A DNA stretch of 64,000 nt from a virus. Lineage: Duplodnaviria; Caudoviricetes. The stretch spans positions 4,352 to 68,351 of IMG/VR virus record IMGVR_UViG_3300030333_002216; one strand, 5' to 3'. Shown here one piece after another: positions 28,999-38,410 of this stretch. The notes below the pieces were generated by a model. It was not told the DNA's origin and did no database searches. It saw only the letters and a list, made by a program, of their open reading frames with translations. A program made the translations under genes and the position numbers. Position 1 is the first letter of the stretch. The number at the start of each line of letters is the position of its first letter.

Positions 28999-31641
28999 CT
29001 ACTCGCTCTTTTCCTTGGGAAATGGCAAATTAGCCCATTTATCTTCGGTAATTTTCCATACTCCCTTATCCTCTTTCTTGTCTAGCATTTCTTGTTTCTT
29101 TCCTGTCCAAGCCAACCATGCCTTCTGCTCATCTAATGGCACTACGCGAAGATGCATTCTAGTCTGGAACTTGTCACCATCCAAACGATACTCATGATAG
29201 CCATCCTTCTGAACTCCTAGTTCTAATTCACCAGCGTCCAATAGTTTGTTCTCATTAACGGAATCAGCAACTATAGCGGGGAATTTACCTGATTTCCCAA
29301 ATAGATTGAATACGTCTTCCGTATCTTCTATGTCTATAGTCCAAACCATCTTCTCTTCGCCAGCAGAAATAACGAAGTCTATGTTTCCGTCTTCTCGTTG
29401 ATAGAGTTGAAATTCGCCATTTTTAGGAGTGTCTTTTTTTTTCACTTCTTCTATGTCCTTCTCTAGAACATCATCCATCGCTTGGAACTTGTTAGGATGG
29501 ACGTATTGGATATCTCCCTGCTTCTTCATCCAAGACATTAGCCTTTCTGGTTCACTCTCAAACAGTTCTTCAAAGACCTCACTGTAATATTTCCCTACGA
29601 ACTCAACTATCTTGTCGAAAGGTTTTGGCTTGTCTCCGTATTCGATAATGTCATTCCTGATTCCCATTCTGAGTTCAGACCTCTTGGTCTTCAATATCTT
29701 GCTGAGTTCTTCCTTCCACTCATCTATGTTGTAGAGGGCGTTCTTCTGCATCAACTCATCTCCCTCAAAACCGTAAATGGTAAATCCATCCAAGTCACTC
29801 TTCAGGATAATCTCAGCAGTTCCGTGTATACCATCAGTGATGTAGAAGCCCTTCTTCACCTTCTTCTTCTTTTTATCTCTGGCTATATCACCAGCAGTCT
29901 TTACCTTGGCCGCAGTTTGAACCCCGCTCATAACCTTGAACCTATCACCCATTGCCTTACCAGCAACATACTCTATTGCAGACTCAAGGGACTTCTTCGT
30001 CTTAGTAGAGAGTTGTTCTAGAGTATCCACCTTGTCGGATTCTGTTACTTCTGGTATCTCAATGACCTTGGCTGAATAGAGACTGAACCCATTCTTTGTC
30101 TTCTTAACCTCATCAACCTTGACTCTGACGATATCACCGACACTAACCTTCTCCTTGGTATTCAGAGCCTTCCCCACAGGGAGGTATGCCTTATCTCCCA
30201 TCTCAATAGTCTTGTAGTTCCTTGCGGTTTCAGCATTGACTGGCCCTATTCCCATGCTATAGGAATGTAGTCCCTTCTTCGTCTTCTTGTCATCCAATAC
30301 AACTACATCCAAGTCAACGAACTTCTTCCACTTAATCCACTTGGGGTTCTTCTGCTTACCCATGATATATGTCGATTCTATGTCCTTGATGACGACTCCT
30401 TCAGAAGCAGGTAGGGACATTATTTCCTTTGAATAGTCCTCTACCTCCTTGATTGAATCAGCAATCCTAGTGTCCTTCTTCGATGGAAAGGCTAGGTTCT
30501 CAGTGGAGTGGGAACTGTATTGGTAGAAGAGTATGTTGATTCTCTCCCTCAATGGCTCATCTGCAACCATCTTGCCCTCATGCTTCATTATGTCGAAAAC
30601 GTGAGCAGATAGCCTACCCTTGGTTTCCTTCTTGAATACATGAGATACGGTGTCTGCCCTATGTAATGGCTCATCATCAAGGAACAACGTCAATTCGGCA
30701 TCCAAGATGCAATCCCCGAAGTTCTTCTTCTCCATCTCCTTTACCTGCAAGGGACATTTCTCGGTAATGTCCTTCTTGTTGTAGGAGTAGATTTTGATGT
30801 CATCCTTGTCCTTGTGTATCTGAATCCTCATTCCATCATACTTCTCTTGAACTAGCCAATCACCGCTAAATCCCTTGAGTTGCTTCAAATCATCTGTTTC
30901 AAATATGCGATACATGGGCTTGTTAGGAACCAGAAAATCTACCTCTTGCTTCTCCTCTTCACTCTTCTCTGCCTTGACGACATCCAAATCCACCAATGCA
31001 TCCCATTTGTCTTCAGGATATGTATCATTATACATCTCCTTCAATCTAGCAAATGCTCCCTTGAATTTCGATTTCACCCTACGAGTGTCTTTACCCTCGG
31101 CCCCATAATGCTCTATGATGTATAGGGGAATATCCTCGACTTTCAAATCCAACCCCATTGTTCCTTGTGTAATCTCATCGGGTTTCAGGTCGTGCTTCTC
31201 CCAAATCTTGTCAGGTAGCGTATTAGGATGTGACCGCATAGCATAGTGAATGAATGATATGAATACGTCTGGTTTCTGCATGAAGGTATCAATCACATCA
31301 TCCCCTAGTAATTTTGAAAATGGGTCGCTTATCTTCTCTGACTTGAATCTCATCTCCTTCACTTGTGAGAACAGTGTCTCAGCAGTTCTGGACTTTGGGT
31401 CATAGACATCATCATCGAAGAGTTCCTTCTCTTGGACGTATTTCTTCAACTCTCTAGCGAAGTTGCTTATCTGGTCGAAGTCCTCTCTGAGTTTCTTGAT
31501 AATCTTCTTCCACTTAGGGCCATACTCAGATGGGTCTTCCCTAGCAGAAAGATAGGCGAATCTGGTTCGCTCAAAGAAATCTAGAACTCTTTTCGTGAGT
31601 CCGTCTTCTTCCTTCTCAAACGCTAGACCAGAGTGAGGCAT
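28999..31641 (-). CDS. lig: ATP-dependent DNA ligase with extra N- and C-terminal domains
   Basis: QEKYDGMRIQIH (motif I), ILDAEL, VFDIM, EGVVIK, WIKWKK, then an OB-fold-like segment. Confidence 0.9.
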   Translation of the reverse strand: MPHSGLAFEKEEDGLTKRVLDFFERTRFAYLSAREDPSEYGPKWKKIIKKLREDFDQISNFARELKKYVQEKELFDDDVYDPKSRTAETLFSQVKEMRFKSEKISDPFSKLLGDDVIDTFMQKPDVFISFIHYAMRSHPNTLPDKIWEKHDLKPDEITQGTMGLDLKVEDIPLYIIEHYGAEGKDTRRVKSKFKGAFARLKEMYNDTYPEDKWDALVDLDVVKAEKSEEEKQEVDFLVPNKPMYRIFETDDLKQLKGFSGDWLVQEKYDGMRIQIHKDKDDIKIYSYNKKDITEKCPLQVKEMEKKNFGDCILDAELTLFLDDEPLHRADTVSHVFKKETKGRLSAHVFDIMKHEGKMVADEPLRERINILFYQYSSHSTENLAFPSKKDTRIADSIKEVEDYSKEIMSLPASEGVVIKDIESTYIMGKQKNPKWIKWKKFVDLDVVVLDDKKTKKGLHSYSMGIGPVNAETARNYKTIEMGDKAYLPVGKALNTKEKVSVGDIVRVKVDEVKKTKNGFSLYSAKVIEIPEVTESDKVDTLEQLSTKTKKSLESAIEYVAGKAMGDRFKVMSGVQTAAKVKTAGDIARDKKKKKVKKGFYITDGIHGTAEIILKSDLDGFTIYGFEGDELMQKNALYNIDEWKEELSKILKTKRSELRMGIRNDIIEYGDKPKPFDKIVEFVGKYYSEVFEELFESEPERLMSWMKKQGDIQYVHPNKFQAMDDVLEKDIEEVKKKDTPKNGEFQLYQREDGNIDFVISAGEEKMVWTIDIEDTEDVFNLFGKSGKFPAIVADSVNENKLLDAGELELGVQKDGYHEYRLDGDKFQTRMHLRVVPLDEQKAWLAWTGKKQEMLDKKEDKGVWKITEDKWANLPFPKEKSE

Positions 31642-31653
31642 TCATCCCCACAC

Positions 31654-31896
31654 CTAATTATCCGTCTTACCAATGTAATGCTTGTCACCAACGTGACCAT
31701 AGCCAGATGACGTATCATCCTTGGCAGTAGGATTCTTTATCTTCTCCTCTGCTGGATTCTTCTTGGGCTTCTTGACCTTCACTTCCTCGCCCTTCAAGTC
31801 ATCCTTGTTCTCAATGATGCCTAGATGCTCGGCTTCTTGTAGGATTGCCTTGGCCTTTGCTATAGCCTTGTTTACATTCTGTAGATTCGTTGCCAT
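31654..31896 (-). CDS. Small hypothetical protein
   Basis: 80 aa, with RBS, in operon. Confidence 0.65.
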   Translation of the reverse strand: MATNLQNVNKAIAKAKAILQEAEHLGIIENKDDLKGEEVKVKKPKKNPAEEKIKNPTAKDDTSSGYGHVGDKHYIGKTDN

Positions 31897-31902
31897 TGTT
31901 CA

Positions 31903-32094
31903 TCACTGCTCTTTGTTTTGTTGATATTTATCCTTTGCATAATTAGCACCCATCTGTGCGCCTTGTGCTATTACTTTCTTTCCTGTAGGTGAAGAGGCGG
32001 CGGCTCTTGCTCCTGCCGCCACTGCGGGTAGTATCTTCTCAAGTTCTTCCTCTTCTTCATCGAGGTTTTTCTTCAGAAGTTCTCTCCATGCCAT
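31903..32094 (-). CDS. Small W-tag protein (MAWRELLKK)
   Basis: Start re-assigned to ATG 32094, just after the upstream TAG. Confidence 0.65.
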   Translation of the reverse strand: MAWRELLKKNLDEEEEELEKILPAVAAGARAAASSPTGKKVIAQGAQMGANYAKDKYQQNKEQ

Positions 32095-32095
32095 A

Positions 32096-32329
32096 CTATC
32101 CCTCAATTGTCTCTATTATCTGATTGATTTCTGACCAGTCCATCTTCGCTATTGTGTCTCCTGTTACTGCCGTTGCTTCACTGCTTATTGATGGGGTCGG
32201 ACTATCAACTACTACGAGTCCACTTTTCATCAGTAGATTATCTTTCTGATAGACAACCTCCTCAAGTGACTTCACTTTGTCGACCAATTCCTTCAGTAGT
32301 AATATCATCTCATTCTTTTCTTCACTCAT
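32096..32329 (-). CDS. Small coiled-coil protein ending in MDWSEINQII (scaffold-tail-like)
   Basis: 77 aa; C-terminus resembles the scaffold end MSWSDIHSIV. Confidence 0.65.
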   Translation of the reverse strand: MSEEKNEMILLLKELVDKVKSLEEVVYQKDNLLMKSGLVVVDSPTPSISSEATAVTGDTIAKMDWSEINQIIETIEG

Positions 32330-32742
32330 CTTAATTCCTCCAAATGTTCCTTTAGGGCCAGTAGTGCTTCTCTATCTTCCTCGCCCCAATCTTCCATTGC
32401 TATGTAATAGCCACTATCACCTGTATATGAACCTAGTCTAAGTTGATGTTTGTAGTCCCAGAAGTTCAAATCGAACTCGACTGTTACCTCATCATCCTCC
32501 TCATGTTCCATAGTTGGCTCTAATGAGATGTAGTCCGTGACATATGTTTCGCCACTGTCCCTGTATCCATCGAGCATGTCATCATAGTCACCATCAGGTG
32601 TCACACCCATAATGGCCTCGTTGTTGTCCAGCATGTCAGCAACCTCACCTGCTAGGTCGTTAATGTCTTGCTTGATGATACTGAACCACTTCTGCTTGCG
32701 AAGGTTGTCCTTTAGTATTCCTCTCATGTTCATTTCAATCAA
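32326..32742 (-). CDS. Highly acidic W-tag protein
   Basis: 138 aa; MRGILK and KWFSIIK near the N-terminus; D/E-rich body. Confidence 0.7.
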   Translation of the reverse strand: MIEMNMRGILKDNLRKQKWFSIIKQDINDLAGEVADMLDNNEAIMGVTPDGDYDDMLDGYRDSGETYVTDYISLEPTMEHEEDDEVTVEFDLNFWDYKHQLRLGSYTGDSGYYIAMEDWGEEDREALLALKEHLEELR

Positions 32743-32933
32743 TCCATTGGAGGAATCCCTTGTTCCTCATCTTCCTTTCTTCTTTCTTCCATTTCCCTTT
32801 CTATGTCTTCGGGTGTGATTTTAGTGCCGTATCTGCCTTCGGCAGTAGCAGGTTCTTTTCCTCTGTAATCACCTTCAGTTTCTTTAGGGATTGGAATCTT
32901 CTTCAATATATCTTGCCAATTCATTTCAATCAC
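32739..32933 (-). CDS. Small W-tag protein (MNWQDILKK)
   Basis: 64 aa; shares the TGATTGAAATGAA start context with the next gene. Confidence 0.65.
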   Translation of the reverse strand: MIEMNWQDILKKIPIPKETEGDYRGKEPATAEGRYGTKITPEDIEREMEERRKEDEEQGIPPMD

Positions 32934-33478
32934 TCTAAATCGTTTAGTAGTCCGGCTTCATTGAAGATAAGGTATGCTTCAGGGAAATCCCTTTCCAGAT
33001 TATCAGTATCGCCACGACTTACTGCCGCCATGAATGCAGACAATTCCCTGTTTGTTCGATAATCAGTCCATTCATTTTCATAATGCTGACCTTGGAAATC
33101 TTCTAAGGCTTCTACTGTTTTTTGGTTTTTATCACCATACTCAAGTTGAGGGGCTGGGTCTTCCTCGTCCTCTGCATCCCTGTTCCTAGTAAAGTATTCA
33201 CTTGTGATTGCTTCATATAAATCATCAAAGTGTTCACTGCCAGTTACATTCGTGTTCATAAACTTGTCAATGGCTTTCGTAGCCCAATCATCGAGATTAT
33301 CCTCCTGTGCTACCTTAGCCATTCGTTCTCCTAGTTGATATGTTTCCCAGTTGAGTTCTTCCATGAAGTTATCATATTTCCATTGTAGCGACTCGCTCTC
33401 CTCAAGTAACTCAAGCATTTCTTTAGGCATATACTCGTCTTCATTACCATACAACTTTAGTATGTTAAACCAACTCAT
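32930..33478 (-). CDS. Acidic W-tag protein (MSWFNILK)
   Basis: 182 aa; ATGA coupling. Confidence 0.75.
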   Translation of the reverse strand: MSWFNILKLYGNEDEYMPKEMLELLEESESLQWKYDNFMEELNWETYQLGERMAKVAQEDNLDDWATKAIDKFMNTNVTGSEHFDDLYEAITSEYFTRNRDAEDEEDPAPQLEYGDKNQKTVEALEDFQGQHYENEWTDYRTNRELSAFMAAVSRGDTDNLERDFPEAYLIFNEAGLLNDLE

Positions 33479-33798
33479 TTCTTCCTCTCCTTCTTAGGGT
33501 AAATCTCTTTTCTCAACTGATTGTAGAGTGTCTCGTAATCCTTCCGTAGTTCGGAGGCTGTGGCAACTAGGTCTAAGTTGTTTTCATCGAACTTCTCAAA
33601 CTTCTTCTGCATGTTCTTATCGTTCTTCACTAAGTCAAGACCCTTCATCTCTTCCAACAAATCAGACAATTGCGCTATCTCCTGACCCATGAACTCTGTT
33701 GGTTGAGCCGCCTGTAGGAGTTTCTTTATTCTCTTCTTCTGTTTAGGCTCTAGTTTCTCTACTAGACCATTGGCTTTGAGGATAGATTGCCAACTCAT
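33475..33798 (-). CDS. Helical W-tag protein (MSWQSILK)
   Basis: 107 aa; ATGA coupling. Confidence 0.75.
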   Translation of the reverse strand: MSWQSILKANGLVEKLEPKQKKRIKKLLQAAQPTEFMGQEIAQLSDLLEEMKGLDLVKNDKNMQKKFEKFDENNLDLVATASELRKDYETLYNQLRKEIYPKKERKK

Positions 33799-34973
33799 TC
33801 AGACTCCTCCTCTTTATCCCACACATCATGTGCGTCTATTATATTTCTGAATTCTCTATGATGTTGGAATGGTCTTGGACTCTCTATCTCTTCTAGTTCC
33901 TTCAATACTTTCTCATTAACCCAATCATCCGTCTTTGTTATCTCAAAGACATGCATCAGGAACTCTATTGCTGTTAGATACTTCTCGATGTTATCTTCTG
34001 TCTTCTCATCGGGTTCTTCAGCATCCAGATAGTCATCATGCATCTCCATGACATCTTCTATTAGAATGTAGAGCGCACTCTCTAACTCATCGAATGAGTC
34101 CTCTTCAAACAATACTGGGAATTTCTCTAGTAGGTTGTCCTCTGGTATCAAGTGGAAAATCTGGTCAAGGTTCTTCTCATCGAATTGTATGTGTTGTTCT
34201 AATCTTCCTCTAGAAATATCCTTATCAGAGCCACGCATTATTTCTAAGCCTAAGAAGTTCATCAAGTCCTCCCAGACCTCTTTGGAGGGTTTGCCATTAT
34301 ACTTCTTGTATGCTGGTTCCTCTCCTTCCATCCACTCAAAGGACTCCTTATCGAATCTAGAAGCATTCGGGGATTCAAGGAACATCTCTCTGACCGCACC
34401 TGCTACTGGCTCACCGTAATACAGGAAGGCATCTATCTTGTCCTTGTAGGAAGCGAAGTCAGTTCCCCAATCCTTGATGAACTTCTCTTTCTGTGGGAAC
34501 TTCTCCTCTAACATGGCTGGGTTATCGAACTTGGCCGTCATCCGGAGTATCTCTTCCATTGCGTCTACATCGAAGACCCGTTGTTTGAATTGCTCTTTTT
34601 GCTTGACTCTGCGTTCCATCTCCTTTACATAGCCTTCTTGCAAGCCTTCTAGGATTTCTTCTATCTCGCCTCTCAAGGAGTATTCTGCACTCATCATCTC
34701 TTCGGGAGTAGTAGCGGATGGCATTGCCTCTATTCTATCTAGAACCTTACTTGAATTAGCCATGAAGCCGGGATTGGTTTTCCAATCTCCATCCGCTCTC
34801 GCTCTTCTGTCTTTTAGCGGCGCAGGTTGTGCTAGTAGGTTAGGGCCGAATTGTTCCTCATCCCATTTGCTAGATGCAGTCCTCAATTGCTTTGGGGTGA
34901 GATTCCCCTTGATGTCATAGATGTCATCATGGACTTCCCCACCCTGCTTTCTGAGGATATCCATGAATGACAA
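33795..34973 (-). CDS. Acidic protein with variant tag (MSFMDILRK)
   Basis: 392 aa. Confidence 0.75.
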   Translation of the reverse strand: MSFMDILRKQGGEVHDDIYDIKGNLTPKQLRTASSKWDEEQFGPNLLAQPAPLKDRRARADGDWKTNPGFMANSSKVLDRIEAMPSATTPEEMMSAEYSLRGEIEEILEGLQEGYVKEMERRVKQKEQFKQRVFDVDAMEEILRMTAKFDNPAMLEEKFPQKEKFIKDWGTDFASYKDKIDAFLYYGEPVAGAVREMFLESPNASRFDKESFEWMEGEEPAYKKYNGKPSKEVWEDLMNFLGLEIMRGSDKDISRGRLEQHIQFDEKNLDQIFHLIPEDNLLEKFPVLFEEDSFDELESALYILIEDVMEMHDDYLDAEEPDEKTEDNIEKYLTAIEFLMHVFEITKTDDWVNEKVLKELEEIESPRPFQHHREFRNIIDAHDVWDKEEESE

Positions 34974-34985
34974 CTAATCAGCCCC

Positions 34986-35210
34986 CTAGAATGGTATGTT
35001 CTCTTTCCTTGGTTTCTTTTTCTTTGGTAGTAAGATTGCATTTGGGATGTCTGCTGAATCAGGCTTCTCCTTTTTCTTCGTGTTAGGGTCTACCCCGCCC
35101 ACAGAGAAGTCACGGGTTTTCGTGACCTTATTCTCATGCTCCGCTCTTTGTCTGTTCCTCGCGGCTTTCAGTTCTCGTTCCAATTGTCTTACTCCTTTTT
35201 CTTCGCTCAT
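34986..35210 (-). CDS. Small basic hypothetical protein
   Basis: 74 aa; GGAGGAG RBS. Confidence 0.65.
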   Translation of the reverse strand: MSEEKGVRQLERELKAARNRQRAEHENKVTKTRDFSVGGVDPNTKKKEKPDSADIPNAILLPKKKKPRKENIPF

Positions 35211-35314
35211 TTTTTCAACTCCTCCAAATTCTTTTTGATTCTTTCATCTGTTTCCGCATTTAACTTGTCAATTTCTTCTTTCCATCTTTTGGCTATCTCA
35301 AGCAAATCGCTCAA
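35207..35314 (-). CDS. Micro-ORF, 35 aa (MSDLLEIAKRWKEEIDKLNAETDERIKKNLEELKK)
   Basis: TTG overlaps the portal stop and its TGA overlaps the next ATG; fills the gap exactly; below the track cutoff. Confidence 0.6.
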   Translation of the reverse strand: MSDLLEIAKRWKEEIDKLNAETDERIKKNLEELKK

Positions 35315-36948
35315 CCGACTCGCCTCTCTGTTCGCTTATCCACGTTTTCATTACCTGCGTCTTTCGGCAATCCACTGAATCTCTTATCAGGCCCAACGCT
35401 CATACTAGGCTTATTCCTAGATTTTACCTCTGCTGGTTTACCCGCATCTGCCATTGAGGGTTTATTACCCGCTTCCATCATCTGCCCTAAATGACCAGCA
35501 TCGATATTGGTTCCAGCGTATGGGTCTAGTTCTATTTCTTCTTGTTCCTGTTGGTCTTCTGGTTGTGGTGGCTTCACATAGGTGAAACGTCCTTCGTCAT
35601 CCATATTGACCTCAAATCCAAGGTTCTTGATAGCGGATGCAACGTTGACTTCAATCTCCCTCTTACGGAGTTTGGCTATCTCATCCTCTTCCTCGGAAGG
35701 TGGGAGTTTCAGTTCCCAATCCAAGATTCCGAATTCCTTCGTGACGAATGGGAAGACGTAGTTGTTCCAGATTGTCTGAGCCATCTCAACCGCTCTGTTC
35801 GTAACTAGAATCTGCATACCCTCGTTGTTCAGACCACCACTTGCAGAGTTATCTGCCATGAAGACCTTGCTCACTCCATAGAAACCCGATATCCTATCTC
35901 TCAAGTCATCCTTGACAGAGATGTAATCCATCTCCTTGAGGCTATCCATGAACTTCACCCACTCAATCGAACCCTTACCGTTCTCTGCCTCGATTCCCAT
36001 TACAGGAATGAAGTGTGGGTCAGTCTCCATCTTCTCCTTGACGCTTCGCCAGAAGGACTTCATGGAGTCAATGTTTCTAGTCTGAACTGCGAGCAATCCC
36101 TTCGGCATTCTCGCTTTGGTGTATGATGAGTTAACGTAGTTCTCCATTGCGATTAGCGTAGTCACATGGTTCCATAGTGTGATTATTGGGGATAGCCCAT
36201 ACATCCTACCGGGAGAGTATTTGCTGAAATGCAACACCTCTCCCTTCGTGAAGTATTGCTCCTCTCCCTTCACTCTATTGACATAGTGAACTGGATGAAG
36301 TTCTGAGTTGCATTCCTCACAGAGTCCAGTCGCACTAGTTTCTATTCTATCTCTGTGCTTTACGCAGACATAGCCACCTTTGCCCCTCTCTCCTAGTTCG
36401 TTAGAGTAGATGTGCATAGTAACAGGGTCACCGCGATAGACCTCCTTGATTCTATGCATACGAATCTGATTGTTATTATCCATGAAGTATTCCTTGACTA
36501 GAACCAAATAAGCATCATCCATGATGTTCAAGTCATCTTCCAATTCCTTCAATACGTCAATGAACAGTTGTTCGGATTTGTTGACATAGCCCTCTAGGAA
36601 CTTCTGCGCATACTTCAATTGCTCAGGATTGGGCTTCTCTAGATTGGGGGATTCACACTCAGAACACTGCTCTACTGGTGATTGGTGTTCCTTACCGCAA
36701 TCCATGCACTTCTTGACGAACTTCTCTTCCCAGAGATACCCTCTTCGGAATACCTCGTTCTTCAATTGGGTTACACATGTCCTGACAATCACTGACTGTT
36801 GGGCAATGTGATAGATAACAGGTGAAGTCAATAGGTATGATGTGTCCTTCTCTTGAATCCCCGGATTGTATACAGTCCTATCTGCTGGCTTAGGGGTAGT
36901 TCTCCTAAACAAATTTCCAATGCTGAATCTCCTTTTCTCGTCTGCCAT
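35311..36948 (-). CDS. Portal protein with zinc-ribbon insertions
   Basis: EVLHFSKYSPGRMYGLSPI, DMDY..DDLRDRISGFYGV portal-like motifs; CMDC..CSEC and CVKH..CEEC insertions; near terminase. Confidence 0.88.
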   Translation of the reverse strand: MADEKRRFSIGNLFRRTTPKPADRTVYNPGIQEKDTSYLLTSPVIYHIAQQSVIVRTCVTQLKNEVFRRGYLWEEKFVKKCMDCGKEHQSPVEQCSECESPNLEKPNPEQLKYAQKFLEGYVNKSEQLFIDVLKELEDDLNIMDDAYLVLVKEYFMDNNNQIRMHRIKEVYRGDPVTMHIYSNELGERGKGGYVCVKHRDRIETSATGLCEECNSELHPVHYVNRVKGEEQYFTKGEVLHFSKYSPGRMYGLSPIITLWNHVTTLIAMENYVNSSYTKARMPKGLLAVQTRNIDSMKSFWRSVKEKMETDPHFIPVMGIEAENGKGSIEWVKFMDSLKEMDYISVKDDLRDRISGFYGVSKVFMADNSASGGLNNEGMQILVTNRAVEMAQTIWNNYVFPFVTKEFGILDWELKLPPSEEEDEIAKLRKREIEVNVASAIKNLGFEVNMDDEGRFTYVKPPQPEDQQEQEEIELDPYAGTNIDAGHLGQMMEAGNKPSMADAGKPAEVKSRNKPSMSVGPDKRFSGLPKDAGNENVDKRTERRVG

Positions 36949-36950
36949 GC

Positions 36951-38402
36951 CTATTCATCCTCCAATACCTTATGCTCAAAAAGATAGTCAGACGCATCAT
37001 CCACTGAACTCCACTCGTCTTCTGACAAATCGTGTTCCTCTGCAATTTCCTCTAAGTCATCAATGGCCTCATCTGCACCCTTGATGACTCCCTCGATTAC
37101 ATCCATCTCTGTCATCTTAGAGTTATCATGAAACTTGGAAACTGTCTCTATGTCTATCCCATATTTAGCGAAGTCATAATTCGTGTTATCCTTGTGGTTC
37201 TCATACTTCATCAGTTGGAAGAGTTCTTCTCTTCTAGGCTTATACCAATCGGCCTTCTTATGGGATTTCTTCATTCTCAGCAACTCAAGGAGAATGTCAG
37301 CATTAGTTCCCTTCATCTTGAGGAATGGTCGGCACTTGGTCAATATCTCATTAACATCTGCCGCAGAGTAAAAGTTCAGTCTATTCACAGGCTTCGTGTC
37401 TTGTGGGGATTTTTGGTCTAAGTGCAGTCTACCACAACCTAGCGACTTGTGCATCTCTAGCATGAATGCCTTCCCCCTATCGCCAGTGGCAACGAGTCCA
37501 ACTCTTGGATTAAAATTTTTGTCCATTGTAATGTATCCATCTGAGTCAATGAAAGCGGCAGTGTATGCATAGATGTCCTTCTTAATGTCATCACTGAACT
37601 TGTAGAACGCACCATCAACCGTGGTGATATTCTGAGTCCTAGCCATCTTAGAGATAATGCTAGGTGACGTTTTCTTGAAGAGGTTCTTCGGTAGTCTCTC
37701 ATGTATCTGCCTAGCAGATATTCCCGGTTCCTCACATACCGCATGTAGAATCTCTTGCTTGATGATATCCTTCGGGCCAATGCTTGGCATGTGTTCCTTG
37801 ATTATCTTCTTGAACTCCTTCTTGCTATTGGTCATCTCCTTGGTTAGTGAAGAGTATCTAGAGTTGTATGGGCTTTCCTCTCTATCCAATCTCGCTTCCC
37901 AATATTTGCAGAGGGAGTCCAATGCTTCTCTACGAGTGTTCTCATCGTGGATGTATGAGAGTTTGATTAGTTGCTCCTCGGAACAAACCATCTCCTTGAC
38001 CACAGGTTTGTATTTGGCAAGCCAGTATATCTTCTCTATTGTCTCATCCAAATGGGATGCATAGCCCTTGATGAGATTGTCAATGGATTGTGTAATCTTG
38101 ACTTTCTCCTCGCCCTTCAGAGTCCTACGGTAGTTCTTGAGTTCCTTGATTAACGATGGGATGTCTTTTCCCTCTACCTCGTATTTCTTGAAATCCTCAT
38201 TTAGTTGCTTCTTAGCATCGGATAGGGAAACCTTGTTCTCTACTGCGAATTTCTTCTCAATGTCAAAATGGTTTGATACGGGTTGGTCAGACAACCAAGA
38301 ACGTTTTAATTCCTCAGTTAGTCTCTGTTGCTCTTCTATGAGTGTTGCTTCTTCATCAGCAAGAGCGGCAACTTCCCTTAGTTTGTCTCCCTTCTCACTC
38401 AT
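36951..38402 (-). CDS. Helical/HTH protein with a C-terminal LAGLIDADG domain
   Basis: YAYTAAFIDSDGYI motif, then LGCGRL...VNEILTKCRPFLKMK; PGISARQIHERL wHTH-like segment upstream. Confidence 0.8.
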   Translation of the reverse strand: MSEKGDKLREVAALADEEATLIEEQQRLTEELKRSWLSDQPVSNHFDIEKKFAVENKVSLSDAKKQLNEDFKKYEVEGKDIPSLIKELKNYRRTLKGEEKVKITQSIDNLIKGYASHLDETIEKIYWLAKYKPVVKEMVCSEEQLIKLSYIHDENTRREALDSLCKYWEARLDREESPYNSRYSSLTKEMTNSKKEFKKIIKEHMPSIGPKDIIKQEILHAVCEEPGISARQIHERLPKNLFKKTSPSIISKMARTQNITTVDGAFYKFSDDIKKDIYAYTAAFIDSDGYITMDKNFNPRVGLVATGDRGKAFMLEMHKSLGCGRLHLDQKSPQDTKPVNRLNFYSAADVNEILTKCRPFLKMKGTNADILLELLRMKKSHKKADWYKPRREELFQLMKYENHKDNTNYDFAKYGIDIETVSKFHDNSKMTEMDVIEGVIKGADEAIDDLEEIAEEHDLSEDEWSSVDDASDYLFEHKVLEDE

Positions 38403-38410
38403 AGTATCAC

